A stretch of 64,000 nt of DNA from Minisyncoccota bacterium (lineage in GTDB: Bacteria > Patescibacteriota > Minisyncoccia > Phycocordibacterales > UBA6065), in contig DAORIX010000001.1 in the NCBI GenBank assembly GCA_035438745.1, positions 3,075-67,074 of the forward strand, in the 5' to 3' direction. A program made the translations under genes and the position numbers. The notes beneath the pieces are model-generated. The model made no database searches and was not told where the DNA came from. It was given only the letters and a program-made list of their open reading frames with translations. Below, one piece after another: positions 18,228-29,253 of the stretch (positions within the stretch are counted from its first letter, which is position 1; every line of letters starts with the position of its first letter).

Positions 18228-19199
18228 TTATAGCGCCCTGAGTGTTTTTACCAAATTGTCACCAAGAGTCTTTACCTGTGCATCATTAATAATTGAAACA
18301 CAAAAGACATCAGGATTTATTTTTTTAGCTTCTTTTATTTTTTCCTTGAGAGTTTTTTCGTCAACGAGGTCTGTCTTTGTCAAAATAATAATTTCTTTTT
18401 TCTGCACGAGCCCCTCACCAAAAGCCTCAAGTTCGTTTCGGATTGTTGTATATGCCGATGTAATGTCTTCGTGCTCAAGGGAAATACAATGAAAAAGCAT
18501 TTTCGTACGAGCAATATGTTTCAAAAATTTATGTCCGAGACCCTTGCCCTCTGATGCACCCTCGATGAGTCCAGGAATATCAGCCAAAATAAAACCGTAC
18601 ATATCTCCGAGGCTTGGTTCAAGAGTAGTGAATTGATAGCTTGCAACTTTTGATTTTGCGTTGGTGAGAGCATTGAGCAAGCTTGATTTACCTGCATTAG
18701 GGAAACCGACAAAGCCCGCATCCACTATGAGGCGTAATTCTATTTTGAAATCGGCCTCCTCACCTGGTTTTCCACCTGTGATTTGTTTAGGCGCAACATT
18801 TGTCGAAGATTTAAAATGTTCATTACCAAAACCACCTCCTCCACCACGAAGAATTTGAATACGCTCACCTTCTTTCATGAGATCGAGACGAGCTCCAGTT
18901 ACGAGATTGGTAACGAGAGATCCAAGAGGAAGTTTTACCACGAGATCATCTCCCGCCTTACCATACATGCTATTTTTTCCTCCATCTTCTCCCACGCCTG
19001 CTTCAAGCTCTTTGATATGCTTCAAAGCTCCGAGTGCACCAATATCACGCACAGCCTCGACAAAAACATTTCCTCCGTGACCACCGTTTCCTCCTGATGG
19101 TCCCATGAGTTCTTTTCCTTTTTCATGTCTCCAGCGTTCAACGCCCTCTCCACCACGGCCGGCCTTGATATGTATTGTTAATTCGTCAATAAAAGCCAT
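18228..19199 (-). CDS. obg: GTPase Obg (short form without C-terminal TGS-like extension)
   Basis: Gly-rich Obg fold (GGNGGHGGNVFV, GGGGGFGNEHF) followed by G-domain (GFPNAGKSSLLNAL, DIPGLIEGA, TKTD). Confidence 0.9.
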   Translation of the reverse strand: MAFIDELTIHIKAGRGGEGVERWRHEKGKELMGPSGGNGGHGGNVFVEAVRDIGALGALKHIKELEAGVGEDGGKNSMYGKAGDDLVVKLPLGSLVTNLVTGARLDLMKEGERIQILRGGGGGFGNEHFKSSTNVAPKQITGGKPGEEADFKIELRLIVDAGFVGFPNAGKSSLLNALTNAKSKVASYQFTTLEPSLGDMYGFILADIPGLIEGASEGKGLGHKFLKHIARTKMLFHCISLEHEDITSAYTTIRNELEAFGEGLVQKKEIIILTKTDLVDEKTLKEKIKEAKKINPDVFCVSIINDAQVKTLGDNLVKTLRAL

Positions 19200-19277
19200 A
19201 AAAATGTGTTCTAAGCCCCGACGGGGTCATTAATCTATGCAGTATGCACTAAAAATCGTGATAAATCCAGAAAATCC

Positions 19278-19311
19278 AATAAAAAGCGGGCCCTTGTAAA
19301 CAAGGGCCCGC
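19278..19311 (-). terminator. rho-independent terminator after the MYG1-family gene
   Basis: 11-bp GC-rich stem gcgggcccttg-taaa-caagggcccgc followed (minus strand) by a T-run. Confidence 0.6.
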
Positions 19312-19353
19312 GAACACAACAACACGATAACAGCTAAGCTAACCGTTGTGTAT

Positions 19354-20250
19354 TTAAGCACCAATAGACTTTTTTGTCAACAGCACCGCACCCTCTTTTG
19401 AAGAAGCAACAGCAATGAATCTTTTTGTATGACAAAACAATGCGCCCGCAACTCCTGACACTGAAACAAAATCATTCCCTGTTTTTCCCGCCCAGGCAAG
19501 CGGAAAAGGTTTGCGTAATTCAAATGTTTTTCTCTCACGTGCCACAGCATGTACTCCCCAGGTAACCATGTCCTCTCGAGGCATAACAACATAGAGCGGT
19601 TCAGGAAAATCAATGAGTGCTTCCTTCCATGGTAAATAACGATCAAAAACTATAACCCTTTTGTCTGGCGAAGACGTGTATACACGTCTCACCTCATCAA
19701 GCGCCTCAAGAGAATCTTTATTTTTTATAATCTCCCTCATGAGAATGTGCTCGGCAAAAGTAACCGCCTTCATAAAACCCTCATCACTCCGTGAATCTGT
19801 TTCCTTCCATGTCGCGCTAAAAGTACCAATACAATCCTGAATAGTGTACGGGTACACTCCGTTAGAAAAAGGAGGTGCGTCGTAAGCGCCGTTATCAATA
19901 ATATCGATACTCTCAACGAGCTTTTCTTCGATGCGTCGAGCAACTACAGGGGAACCACAGAGCGCTTCTCCATAATGTTTCCAAACGAGGCCAAAGGCAG
20001 CATAAGGAGAGCCATTGGGACGCGGTGCGGGCGCGCCTTCTTGATGATGATCAAAACGTCCCTGCTCTGGATTGTACTCTCCGCCAACATCAACAAGAAC
20101 ATCTGCTTTTTTCCAATCTTCTTTGTTTCGAGAGCGTCGTACTGAAATAGCGCCTCTATGCAAGAGTGATACGGTTGCCACCGCAAAAACATCATCAGCA
20201 TGAAATGACCCGTCATGAGTAACTACTGTGCATTTCTTTTTAAAAAACAT
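19354..20250 (-). CDS. MYG1/UPF0160 family metal-dependent hydrolase
   Basis: N-terminal VVTHDGSFHADDVFA signature of the MYG1 family; about 300 aa. Confidence 0.7.
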   Translation of the reverse strand: MFFKKKCTVVTHDGSFHADDVFAVATVSLLHRGAISVRRSRNKEDWKKADVLVDVGGEYNPEQGRFDHHQEGAPAPRPNGSPYAAFGLVWKHYGEALCGSPVVARRIEEKLVESIDIIDNGAYDAPPFSNGVYPYTIQDCIGTFSATWKETDSRSDEGFMKAVTFAEHILMREIIKNKDSLEALDEVRRVYTSSPDKRVIVFDRYLPWKEALIDFPEPLYVVMPREDMVTWGVHAVARERKTFELRKPFPLAWAGKTGNDFVSVSGVAGALFCHTKRFIAVASSKEGAVLLTKKSIGA

Positions 20251-20256
20251 GTTTAT

Positions 20257-20586
20257 TTAATTACGATGTGTAAGAGAGTTCACCAGAGAAACAATGAGCG
20301 CGCCCAAAAATGCAGACAAAAAACTTTCCAAAGAAAAACCCTCGATAAAATGAGCGGTTACCCAAAAGAAAAAACCATTAACAACCAAACCAAAAAGGCC
20401 GAGCGTAATAACATTTATAGGAAGCGTAAATAGCGAGACGAGGGGCTTAATAAGTATATTAAAAAACGCCAGCACCCCCGTTACGAGGAGCGCCGTGCCA
20501 AAGGTGCTCACCGTGATATCAGAAAACAAGTACGGTAAGGCAAAAATAGCGGCACTAACAATCAAAAAACGAAAAATAAAATGCAT
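20257..20586 (-). CDS. DUF360/YvlD-like small membrane protein (phage holin 4-TMS superfamily IV-like)
   Basis: 109 aa, four TM helices, no other domain. Confidence 0.5.
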   Translation of the reverse strand: MHFIFRFLIVSAAIFALPYLFSDITVSTFGTALLVTGVLAFFNILIKPLVSLFTLPINVITLGLFGLVVNGFFFWVTAHFIEGFSLESFLSAFLGALIVSLVNSLTHRN

Positions 20587-20634
20587 AAAGTGGTATGTAT
20601 AAAACGACGAAGAAAAAAACTTGTCTACTTATGA

Positions 20635-21981
<1,347 letters not shown>

Positions 21982-21995
21982 ACATTAAGAAGTTA

Positions 21996-22031
21996 CAAAA
22001 AACACCCACCAAATAATTTGGTGGGTGTTTT
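21996..22031. terminator. bidirectional terminator between eno and the convergent Cys-rich gene
   Basis: acacccacc-aaataattt-ggtgggtgt hairpin with A-run and T-run. Confidence 0.6.
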
Positions 22032-22034
22032 GAC

Positions 22035-22481
22035 TTAACAAACGACGCCAGCGTGAATTAAACGCTTGCGAAACGCTGGTCCGTACTCTTCACTAACGTG
22101 ATTAATGAAGAGGACGAGACCTTCGGTACGGCCTTCCCTGGCCCAAGCCGCTATGATCTTTTGAATCACAGCGTCTTCCTCTGCCATCTCGAGACTGGTC
22201 AGAGGGTCGGGAGGGCACTGTCCACAAACACATTCTCCTCCAGGAATGCAGTCCTTAATCGACATTTCATCGATCGGTATAAACTGTCTCCCGGGGCGAG
22301 TTTCGAGCGACTGCTCGTGCGCGAGCTCGTCCGGGTCGAACCCTACAGGTTGAGTCCATGGGGTATCAACCTTGTTGAGTTGTTTGTGACCGTCAAAGCA
22401 CTGCGACGCTCTTTCGATACGATCGCATGCTGCATCTAACTTTCGACTTCCGTCGATATCTGACAATGAACGAGAAGACAT
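22035..22481 (-). CDS. Cys-rich hypothetical protein, compositionally atypical (about 52% GC), probably leaderless
   Basis: 149 aa from MSSRS; CxxxxxC, CIPGGECVCGQC cysteine cluster. Start chosen at 22481 rather than 22544 because the divergent promoter palindrome lies at 22486..22499. No recognised family. Confidence 0.4.
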   Translation of the reverse strand: MSSRSLSDIDGSRKLDAACDRIERASQCFDGHKQLNKVDTPWTQPVGFDPDELAHEQSLETRPGRQFIPIDEMSIKDCIPGGECVCGQCPPDPLTSLEMAEEDAVIQKIIAAWAREGRTEGLVLFINHVSEEYGPAFRKRLIHAGVVC

Positions 22482-22485
22482 TTCG

Positions 22486-22499
22486 TGTATAATTATACA
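22486..22499. promoter_or_regulatory. 14-bp perfect palindrome TGTATAATTATACA carrying overlapping divergent TATAAT -10 boxes
   Basis: Sits between divergently oriented 22035..22481 (-) and gpmI (+). For the minus gene the -10 ends 10 nt from the ATG, implying a leaderless mRNA. Confidence 0.45.
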
Positions 22500-22548
22500 C
22501 CCAAAATATATAAAAGTCAATAGGTGCCCATGCGCCCTATCCATTAAA

Positions 22549-24087
22549 ATGAAGCCTTACCATCTCAAAAAACCTATGCACCAAAAACCCCAAGTAGCCC
22601 TTATTATTCTCGATGGATGGGGATATCGAGAAAACGCCGAACACAATGCTATTGCACAGGCTCACAAGCCTTTTTTCGATAGCTTATGGAAAAAATACCC
22701 CCACACCCTACTCGAAGCATCAGGTCTCCATGTGGGATTACCTCAAGGGCAAATGGGAAATAGTGAAATAGGCCATACAACCATCGGGGCAGGAAAAGTC
22801 ATCGATACTGACCTTGTACGTATTGGTAAGGCAATACAGGATAATGAATTTGGAAATTTGCCCGCCTTCAAAAAACTCTTTGATCACGTACTCAAAAACA
22901 AATCGACACTTCACGTAAAAGGACTTCTAGGAAACGGTGGTGTGCATGCTCACCAGGATCATCTCGTCGCATTTGTACGATCAGCAAAAGAAGCCGGTAT
23001 CAGTACCATAGCGATACATCTCTATACTGATGGACGAGATACAGCACCACAAAGTTCAAGCCAATTCCTAAAAGACCTCGAATCTGATCTCGAAAAAATA
23101 GGAGTGGGTTTTATCGCAACTGCTACAGGTAGATTTTATGCGATGGACAGAGACACAAACTGGGACAGAATAAAAAAAGCTGAAGACGCACTCTTTGAAT
23201 GCAAGGGTACTGTGTGTAAGCCAGGAGATATACCTTCTGAAGTGATTGCTCGTCTCCACTCCCAAGGCATTCTCGATGAACACTTGGAACCAGTTATTTT
23301 CCTTGATAAGAACGGCAAACACTATCCTATCCAAAAAAATGATGGCGTCTTTTTCTTCAATTTCCGATCAGACAGAGCGCGTCAAATTACAAAAAAAATA
23401 CTTGAAAGAGCTGAAAAAGAAAACATTGTGTTTGTCACCCTCACTGAATACGACAAGGCCTTCACCTGCCCCGTTGCTTTTCCTCCTGTATCAATAGAAA
23501 CAACACTCGCAAAAGAAATATCAAAAGCGGGTCTCTCTCAGGCGCATATTGCTGAGACAGAGAAATTCCCTCACGCTACCTATTTTCTCAACGGTGGCGT
23601 AGAAAAACCTTACCCGGGAGAAAAACACATTCTTCTCGACTCACGCAAAGACGTTAAAACACATGACCTCGCCCCAGAAATGCGCGCGGAAGCAATTGCT
23701 GAAAAAGCTATCCTTGAAATACGCTCGGGTACTCAGTTTATTTTTATAAACTTTGCAAACCCAGATATGGTAGGACACACGGCAAACAGCAAAGCGATTG
23801 TGAAAGCAATTGAAGTAGTTGATGCATCGCTCAAGGCAGTTGTTGAGGAGCTTCATAAAAACGGCGGTGTTGCTTTTGTTACCGCAGATCACGGTAATGC
23901 CGAAGTAAATACTGATCCTCTCACGGGAGAAAAACATACAGCACACACACTCAATCCTGTCCCCGCGATACTCACCGACACACACTACACACTCACATCT
24001 GGAGGCCTCGCGGATATTGCGCCAACCATACTTCATCTCCTGAACATACCTCAACCACAAGAAATGACCGGCAAGAAACTCGTATAA
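22549..24087 (+). CDS. gpmI: 2,3-bisphosphoglycerate-independent phosphoglycerate mutase
   Basis: ALIILDGWG, MGNSEIGH, metal-binding blocks (TADHGN) and 512 aa length. Confidence 0.9.
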   Translation: MKPYHLKKPMHQKPQVALIILDGWGYRENAEHNAIAQAHKPFFDSLWKKYPHTLLEASGLHVGLPQGQMGNSEIGHTTIGAGKVIDTDLVRIGKAIQDNEFGNLPAFKKLFDHVLKNKSTLHVKGLLGNGGVHAHQDHLVAFVRSAKEAGISTIAIHLYTDGRDTAPQSSSQFLKDLESDLEKIGVGFIATATGRFYAMDRDTNWDRIKKAEDALFECKGTVCKPGDIPSEVIARLHSQGILDEHLEPVIFLDKNGKHYPIQKNDGVFFFNFRSDRARQITKKILERAEKENIVFVTLTEYDKAFTCPVAFPPVSIETTLAKEISKAGLSQAHIAETEKFPHATYFLNGGVEKPYPGEKHILLDSRKDVKTHDLAPEMRAEAIAEKAILEIRSGTQFIFINFANPDMVGHTANSKAIVKAIEVVDASLKAVVEELHKNGGVAFVTADHGNAEVNTDPLTGEKHTAHTLNPVPAILTDTHYTLTSGGLADIAPTILHLLNIPQPQEMTGKKLV

Positions 24088-24117
24088 AAAAATGCCCCCG
24101 AGGGGGCATTTTTTTAT
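24086..24117. terminator. bidirectional terminator after gpmI
   Basis: aatgcccccg-a-gggggcatt hairpin followed by TTTTTTT. Confidence 0.55.
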
Positions 24118-24521
24118 TTCTTTTTAAGTTCTTCTATTTCTTTACGGAGAGCTCTAATTTCATCACGAATGTGACTAAGTCTAATCACCTCCTCTGCGAC
24201 CAATTCTTCTGTTTTCTCTTCAATTTTTTTCTCATGTCGTAATCCAGAGAGAAGTATTCTATCTCCAATAAATACCGACACCATCAGTCCTGTGAGCATA
24301 AGGAGAGATGTGGCAAGAATAACCTGAACCGGCGGATAAAAAAACCATGCAAGAAATGGTACACCTAATCGCATAAGCAGGTCTGCCGATTCCCACACGC
24401 CTCGCCAAAAGAGCACCACTCCAACGCCTCCAATAATCGAATATGGTATAGGGTGTTTTGACAAATGAATTCGCGCATAGTCTTCGACCTTATCAAAAAA
24501 ACGAATGGTATCTTTATACAT
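24114..24521 (-). CDS. hypothetical membrane protein with C-terminal coiled-coil
   Basis: Two TM helices then a K/E-rich heptad region (EEKTEELVAEEVIRL...EIEELKKK). Confidence 0.4.
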   Translation of the reverse strand: MYKDTIRFFDKVEDYARIHLSKHPIPYSIIGGVGVVLFWRGVWESADLLMRLGVPFLAWFFYPPVQVILATSLLMLTGLMVSVFIGDRILLSGLRHEKKIEEKTEELVAEEVIRLSHIRDEIRALRKEIEELKKK

Positions 24522-24545
24522 GGTTATTATCTCATTACTAAGTAA

Positions 24546-25502
24546 TTAAACAGCGCACGTCGATTGCTTACCGGACAAAACATCTATCACATTATGAGCG
24601 ACAAGCGTGCCCATTTCTGTCCGAGCCTCAAGCGTCGAAGAAGCAATGTGTGGAGTGAGAATCACATTCGGTAACTTACGAAGGCGACGGGCTATTTTGG
24701 GTTCAAATTCATACACATCAAGCGCAGCGCAGGCTATTTTTTTATTATCAAGAAAATCAATAAGTGTGTTTTCGTCGATAACTGGTCCACGAGAAGTGTT
24801 TACCAGAATTGCTGTTTCCTTCATACACGAAAGTCGTTCCTGATTTACCAAATGATGGGTTTCTGGCAAAAGCGGAGTATGGAGAGAAACAACATCAGCA
24901 TTTCTAAAAAGACCCTCGAGCGACTCTACTTTACGTGCCTGCATTTCAGTCTCAAGTTCTGCGCACACGACTGTATCAAAATAAATAATACTCATTCCAA
25001 AGCCTTTGTTCATAATACGCGCAGTTTGTCTTCCGATATGTCCCGCACCAACAATACCGAGAATTTTTCCCTGGAGATCCCTACCCAAAAATATGTGAGG
25101 GTCCCATCCGCGATACCTGTCCTCACGAACAAAAGCATCAGCAGAAACAATTCGTTTTGAAGCGGCCAGAATCAAACCCGCAGTAAACTCAGCGACAGAA
25201 GGTGACACGAGAGGCGTGTTTGTAACACATATCCCTTTTGATTTTGCATACGCAACATCAATATTGTTAAACCCTACTGCATAGTTGGCAATCACCTTCC
25301 CCCCAAAAGCATCAATAACCTCCTTATCAATAGTATCTGTCAAAAAAGAAATCATTCCGTCATACTTTCCCTTGAGCAGAGCCTTTACCAAACGAGGTTT
25401 GGTGAGCCCTTGCTGATCATGTCCTACCTCAACGGTATACCCTGCACCTTTTAAAAGTTCCTCGACAGGAGCAGGTATCGGACGAGTTATAAATATTTTC
25501 AT
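24546..25502 (-). CDS. D-isomer-specific 2-hydroxyacid dehydrogenase (glycerate/hydroxypyruvate reductase or SerA-like)
   Basis: NAD-binding GIVGAGHIGRQTA, catalytic R..E..H triad region (SRGPVIDE..., TPHIAS). Confidence 0.8.
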   Translation of the reverse strand: MKIFITRPIPAPVEELLKGAGYTVEVGHDQQGLTKPRLVKALLKGKYDGMISFLTDTIDKEVIDAFGGKVIANYAVGFNNIDVAYAKSKGICVTNTPLVSPSVAEFTAGLILAASKRIVSADAFVREDRYRGWDPHIFLGRDLQGKILGIVGAGHIGRQTARIMNKGFGMSIIYFDTVVCAELETEMQARKVESLEGLFRNADVVSLHTPLLPETHHLVNQERLSCMKETAILVNTSRGPVIDENTLIDFLDNKKIACAALDVYEFEPKIARRLRKLPNVILTPHIASSTLEARTEMGTLVAHNVIDVLSGKQSTCAV

Positions 25503-25548
25503 ATATCTAGTATATCAGAACACACAAAACGCTTACAGAGAAATATCC

Positions 25549-28086
25549 TTATTTTTGTGTCCACCCATCAGCCAAATAATCACTCAATTTTTTCCACTTC
25601 ACTTCCTTTTCTTCGCCATTTTTTACAACGACAACCTTTTCATTTCTACCTTTCTTTTCTTCACCAGAGACACGTTGTGTGCTACCTGTAGATGAAATAA
25701 TACGAGCCGCGTCTTCCATCTCTGCGCGCGCTTTTGCTTCATGAACATCCACCGTAGCTCCCAAAGAAGGGATAACACTAATAACATGAGCATTAATCGA
25801 TACAATAAGGTTTTTGAAAAGCAGAGTGCTCTCCTTTTTGTACTCAACGAGAGGGTCACGTTGACCATACGCTCTCAAATTTACTGAGCCACGCAAATAA
25901 TCCATAGCCTCAAGATGCTCCACCCACAACATATCTATAGTCTGCAAAAAAAGTGCTCGCACGTGTTTAACAAAAACATCACTGCCCATAGTTTTTTTCT
26001 TTTCCTCAATTTTTGAGAGAAAATCAGCGTCGTTAGGATCGAGAATACTGTCTAGCTCTGCGAGCACGTCAGCATCAGAACCAAGGAGCATTTTTGATCG
26101 ACGAGTATACACTGTTTTTCGATGTAAATTCATTACGTCGTCATATTCCAAAACATGTTTACGTGCATCAAAGTTGAAACCTTCGATACGATTCTGCGCC
26201 GTCTCAAGAGACCGGTTGATAATACCGTTCTGAATTGGTTCGTCTTCGGGAATACCAAAACGTCCCATCATTCTCTTGATCGTGTCCGAAGCAAAGACAC
26301 GCATAAGAGTATCCTCAAGGGACACAAAAAACTGCGTCGCACCCGGATCGCCCTGCCTACCAGCACGACCACGAAGCTGATTGTCGATACGCCTTGCCTC
26401 ATGTCGTTCGGTTCCTAGAACAAAAAGACCTCCCGCTTCTTTTACCTGCGCATATGCTTCTGGAGTTGCGGGATTACCTCCGAGTTTGATATCAACTCCT
26501 CGTCCCGCCATGTTCGTAGCAATAGTCACCGCACCGAATCGTCCCGCCTGAGCAATAATTTCACCCTCACGTTCATGATTTTTTGCGTTGAGTATTTCAT
26601 GCTTCACACCCTCAGTGCGCAAATACGCAGAGAGCAACTCGTTCTTTTCAATTGATGCTGTTCCAATCAAAACAGGCTGACCTTTTTGATTGAGCTTTTT
26701 TACAGCCTTTGCGATAGCTTTAAATTTACCAATTTCAGTTTGAAAAATAAGATCATCATGATCAATACGGGCAATGACTTTGTTAGTAGGAACAACAATA
26801 GTGGTGAGTCCATACACCTTAAAAAACTCTTCCGATGACGTCTCGGCTGTTCCCGTCATACCGGACAACTTTTTGTAGAGCCTAAAATAATTTTGATAGG
26901 TAATAGATGCAAACGTTCGCGTCTCCTGTTCTATACGTACACCCTCCTTTGCTTCAATAGCTTGATGAAGACCTTCTGACCATCTACGGCCAGGCTGCAT
27001 ACGTCCTGTAAATTCATCTACGATAACTACCTGCCCATCACGCACCACGTATTCTTTGTCTTTATGAAATAGTGCTTTTGCACGCACTGCGGTCTGTAGA
27101 TGGTGTACATATTTCACACCTCTATCAGTATAAATATTTTCAACTCCAAGAGCTTTTTCTGCAGCCTCAATACCTTTTGTAGTGAGAATAACTGATTTGT
27201 GTTTTTCTTCAACGGTATAGTGCTCATCTTTTTTGAGCGTTTCTGCAATACGCGCAAACATTGTATAAAAAGCTTCTGAATCACTTGCCGGCGCAGAAAT
27301 AATCAAAGGGGTACGTGCTTCGTCGATTAAAATAGAGTCTATTTCGTCAACAACGGCATAATTAAAAGGCCGCTGTCGTAAATCTTCCTTACGATAACAA
27401 ATATTGTCTCGAAGATAATCAAATCCAAACTCGCTGTTTGTACCGTAGGTAATATCAGCCTGATATGACTCTCGCCTGCTCACCGGTCGCAAAAACTCAT
27501 GCATCACCTTAAACGATCCCACTTCATCACGCGTCACATCGAGAGGATCACGTGACCCTTCTGTTGTTTCTGTTTTTTTACCATGAAGTGGATCATATAC
27601 GTATGATTCATTATGTCCCACAACACCGACAGAAAGACCGAGAAAATTGTATACCTGTCCCATCCACACGGCGTCTCTGCGAGAAAGATAATCGTTTACG
27701 GTAACAACATGAACACCGAGTCCTGTCAGAGCATTCAAGTACACAGGAAGCGTTGCCACAAGCGTCTTTCCTTCTCCTGTTCTCATTTCTGCAATACCCG
27801 CATGGTGAAGTATTGCTCCTCCGATAATCTGAACATCAAAATGTCGCTGACCGAGCGTTCTCTTTGACGCCTCCCTCACCACAGCGAAAGCGCGTGGCAA
27901 CAGGTCATCGAGAGATGTACCCGAAGCAAGAGCTTTTTTAAAAGAGGTGGTTTCCTCCCGAAGAGCACTATCAGACAATGCCGCTATCTCAGCTTCAAGA
28001 GCGTTCACACGCGGAACAAGGGCCTCATAAGGCTTGAGATTCCGTGCGTTTTGATCTCCAAATAGTTTCTTTAAGAATGAAGCCAT
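25549..28086 (-). CDS. secA: preprotein translocase ATPase SecA
   Basis: MASFLKKLFGD N-terminus, Walker A (MRTGEGKT), DEAD-like motor blocks, HWD/HSD scaffolds. Start at 28086 preferred over 28146; no C-terminal zinc finger. Confidence 0.9.
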   Translation of the reverse strand: MASFLKKLFGDQNARNLKPYEALVPRVNALEAEIAALSDSALREETTSFKKALASGTSLDDLLPRAFAVVREASKRTLGQRHFDVQIIGGAILHHAGIAEMRTGEGKTLVATLPVYLNALTGLGVHVVTVNDYLSRRDAVWMGQVYNFLGLSVGVVGHNESYVYDPLHGKKTETTEGSRDPLDVTRDEVGSFKVMHEFLRPVSRRESYQADITYGTNSEFGFDYLRDNICYRKEDLRQRPFNYAVVDEIDSILIDEARTPLIISAPASDSEAFYTMFARIAETLKKDEHYTVEEKHKSVILTTKGIEAAEKALGVENIYTDRGVKYVHHLQTAVRAKALFHKDKEYVVRDGQVVIVDEFTGRMQPGRRWSEGLHQAIEAKEGVRIEQETRTFASITYQNYFRLYKKLSGMTGTAETSSEEFFKVYGLTTIVVPTNKVIARIDHDDLIFQTEIGKFKAIAKAVKKLNQKGQPVLIGTASIEKNELLSAYLRTEGVKHEILNAKNHEREGEIIAQAGRFGAVTIATNMAGRGVDIKLGGNPATPEAYAQVKEAGGLFVLGTERHEARRIDNQLRGRAGRQGDPGATQFFVSLEDTLMRVFASDTIKRMMGRFGIPEDEPIQNGIINRSLETAQNRIEGFNFDARKHVLEYDDVMNLHRKTVYTRRSKMLLGSDADVLAELDSILDPNDADFLSKIEEKKKTMGSDVFVKHVRALFLQTIDMLWVEHLEAMDYLRGSVNLRAYGQRDPLVEYKKESTLLFKNLIVSINAHVISVIPSLGATVDVHEAKARAEMEDAARIISSTGSTQRVSGEEKKGRNEKVVVVKNGEEKEVKWKKLSDYLADGWTQK

Positions 28087-28163
28087 AAAAAGTGTATAGA
28101 TAGCAATTCTAGCATGTAGTACGCCTTGCGTACCACAAAAAAGCATGATGAATACCCGAGCGC

Positions 28164-29177
28164 TTAAACGAGTTCAACCTCACGTTCTATAGTGATACCT
28201 GTCGAATCATATACCTTTTTTTCAATAGCGCGTGCAAAAGCATCTATCTCGTGAGATGGTGTTTCTTTATGCGCAACAAGTACCAGTGGTTGTTTCTCAA
28301 ATAGTCGACACCGTCCAACCATATAGCCTTTCAAGTGAAGCCCCATATCGAGAATCCATGCGAGAGGAATCTTGTATTCGTTTTCTGACACAGAAAAAGC
28401 CGGAAGCTCTGGCCACAGAACCCTCAACTCATCGAGTTTGGATTTTGAAATAATTGGATTTTTCCAAAATGAACCTGCGGTACCCCACAGAGAAAGTTCG
28501 GGGAATTTCCCCTGACGAATACTAATTACCGCCTCACGAATCTCTCTAAGCGACGGACTAGTGTTTACTCCAAAAAAAGACTGTATGTCCTTATACGCAA
28601 GTCGTGGCGTAGGTGTGCGTGTAAGTCTATATGTAACTGAAAGAATAATCAGATGTTTATGCTCTTTCTTTTTAAAAATACTACTACGGTATCCGAATTC
28701 ACACTCAGAACAAGAAAGTGGTTTGACCTCACCAGAACGTGTATCGAGAACGCGCACAGAATCGATCACATCCTTTATCTCAACCCCATACGCACCTATG
28801 TTTTGTACCGGAGAAGCGCCCACCGTTCCTGGTATGAGCGAAAGATTCTCAAGTCCCCACAATCCATGCATAACAGAATCCTCAACAAACGCATCCCACT
28901 CTTCGCCCGCCTCGGCCGTTACAAAAACAAAAGACCCTTTTTCAGCATAAGAAATACCCTTAGTCCTCACACACATAACTAGACCATCAAAACCCGCATC
29001 CGAAAAAAGAACATTCGAACCACCACCTACTACAAAAAAAGGTATCTGCTGTTTTGTGGCAAAAGAAAGCGCTTTATGTAACTCATCCTCAGTTGTCGCC
29101 ACAGAAAAAAATCGTGCACTCCCTCCCGAACAAAATGTAGTGTACGGCGCGATTTTTACGTTCTCTTCGATAGTCAT
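28164..29177 (-). CDS. murB: UDP-N-acetylenolpyruvoylglucosamine reductase
   Basis: FAD-binding PCMH domain (FFVVGGGSNVLFSD) and MurB C-terminal domain. Confidence 0.85.
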   Translation of the reverse strand: MTIEENVKIAPYTTFCSGGSARFFSVATTEDELHKALSFATKQQIPFFVVGGGSNVLFSDAGFDGLVMCVRTKGISYAEKGSFVFVTAEAGEEWDAFVEDSVMHGLWGLENLSLIPGTVGASPVQNIGAYGVEIKDVIDSVRVLDTRSGEVKPLSCSECEFGYRSSIFKKKEHKHLIILSVTYRLTRTPTPRLAYKDIQSFFGVNTSPSLREIREAVISIRQGKFPELSLWGTAGSFWKNPIISKSKLDELRVLWPELPAFSVSENEYKIPLAWILDMGLHLKGYMVGRCRLFEKQPLVLVAHKETPSHEIDAFARAIEKKVYDSTGITIEREVELV

Positions 29178-29253
29178 ATAGGTGCCATTGTACGTAAAAT
29201 AAAAGCACCAGACAATATTATGTTGGTGCTTTTACTACTACCTCAACAAAGAC

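Noticed and set aside
22040-22480. tmRNA or another structured RNA explaining the GC-rich block at 22.0-22.5 kb
   Set aside because: No GGGG...acceptor/T-arm pairing and no ..TCCACCA 3' end; the resume-codon context and the tRNA-like domain cannot be formed. A long ORF with a leaderless promoter fits better
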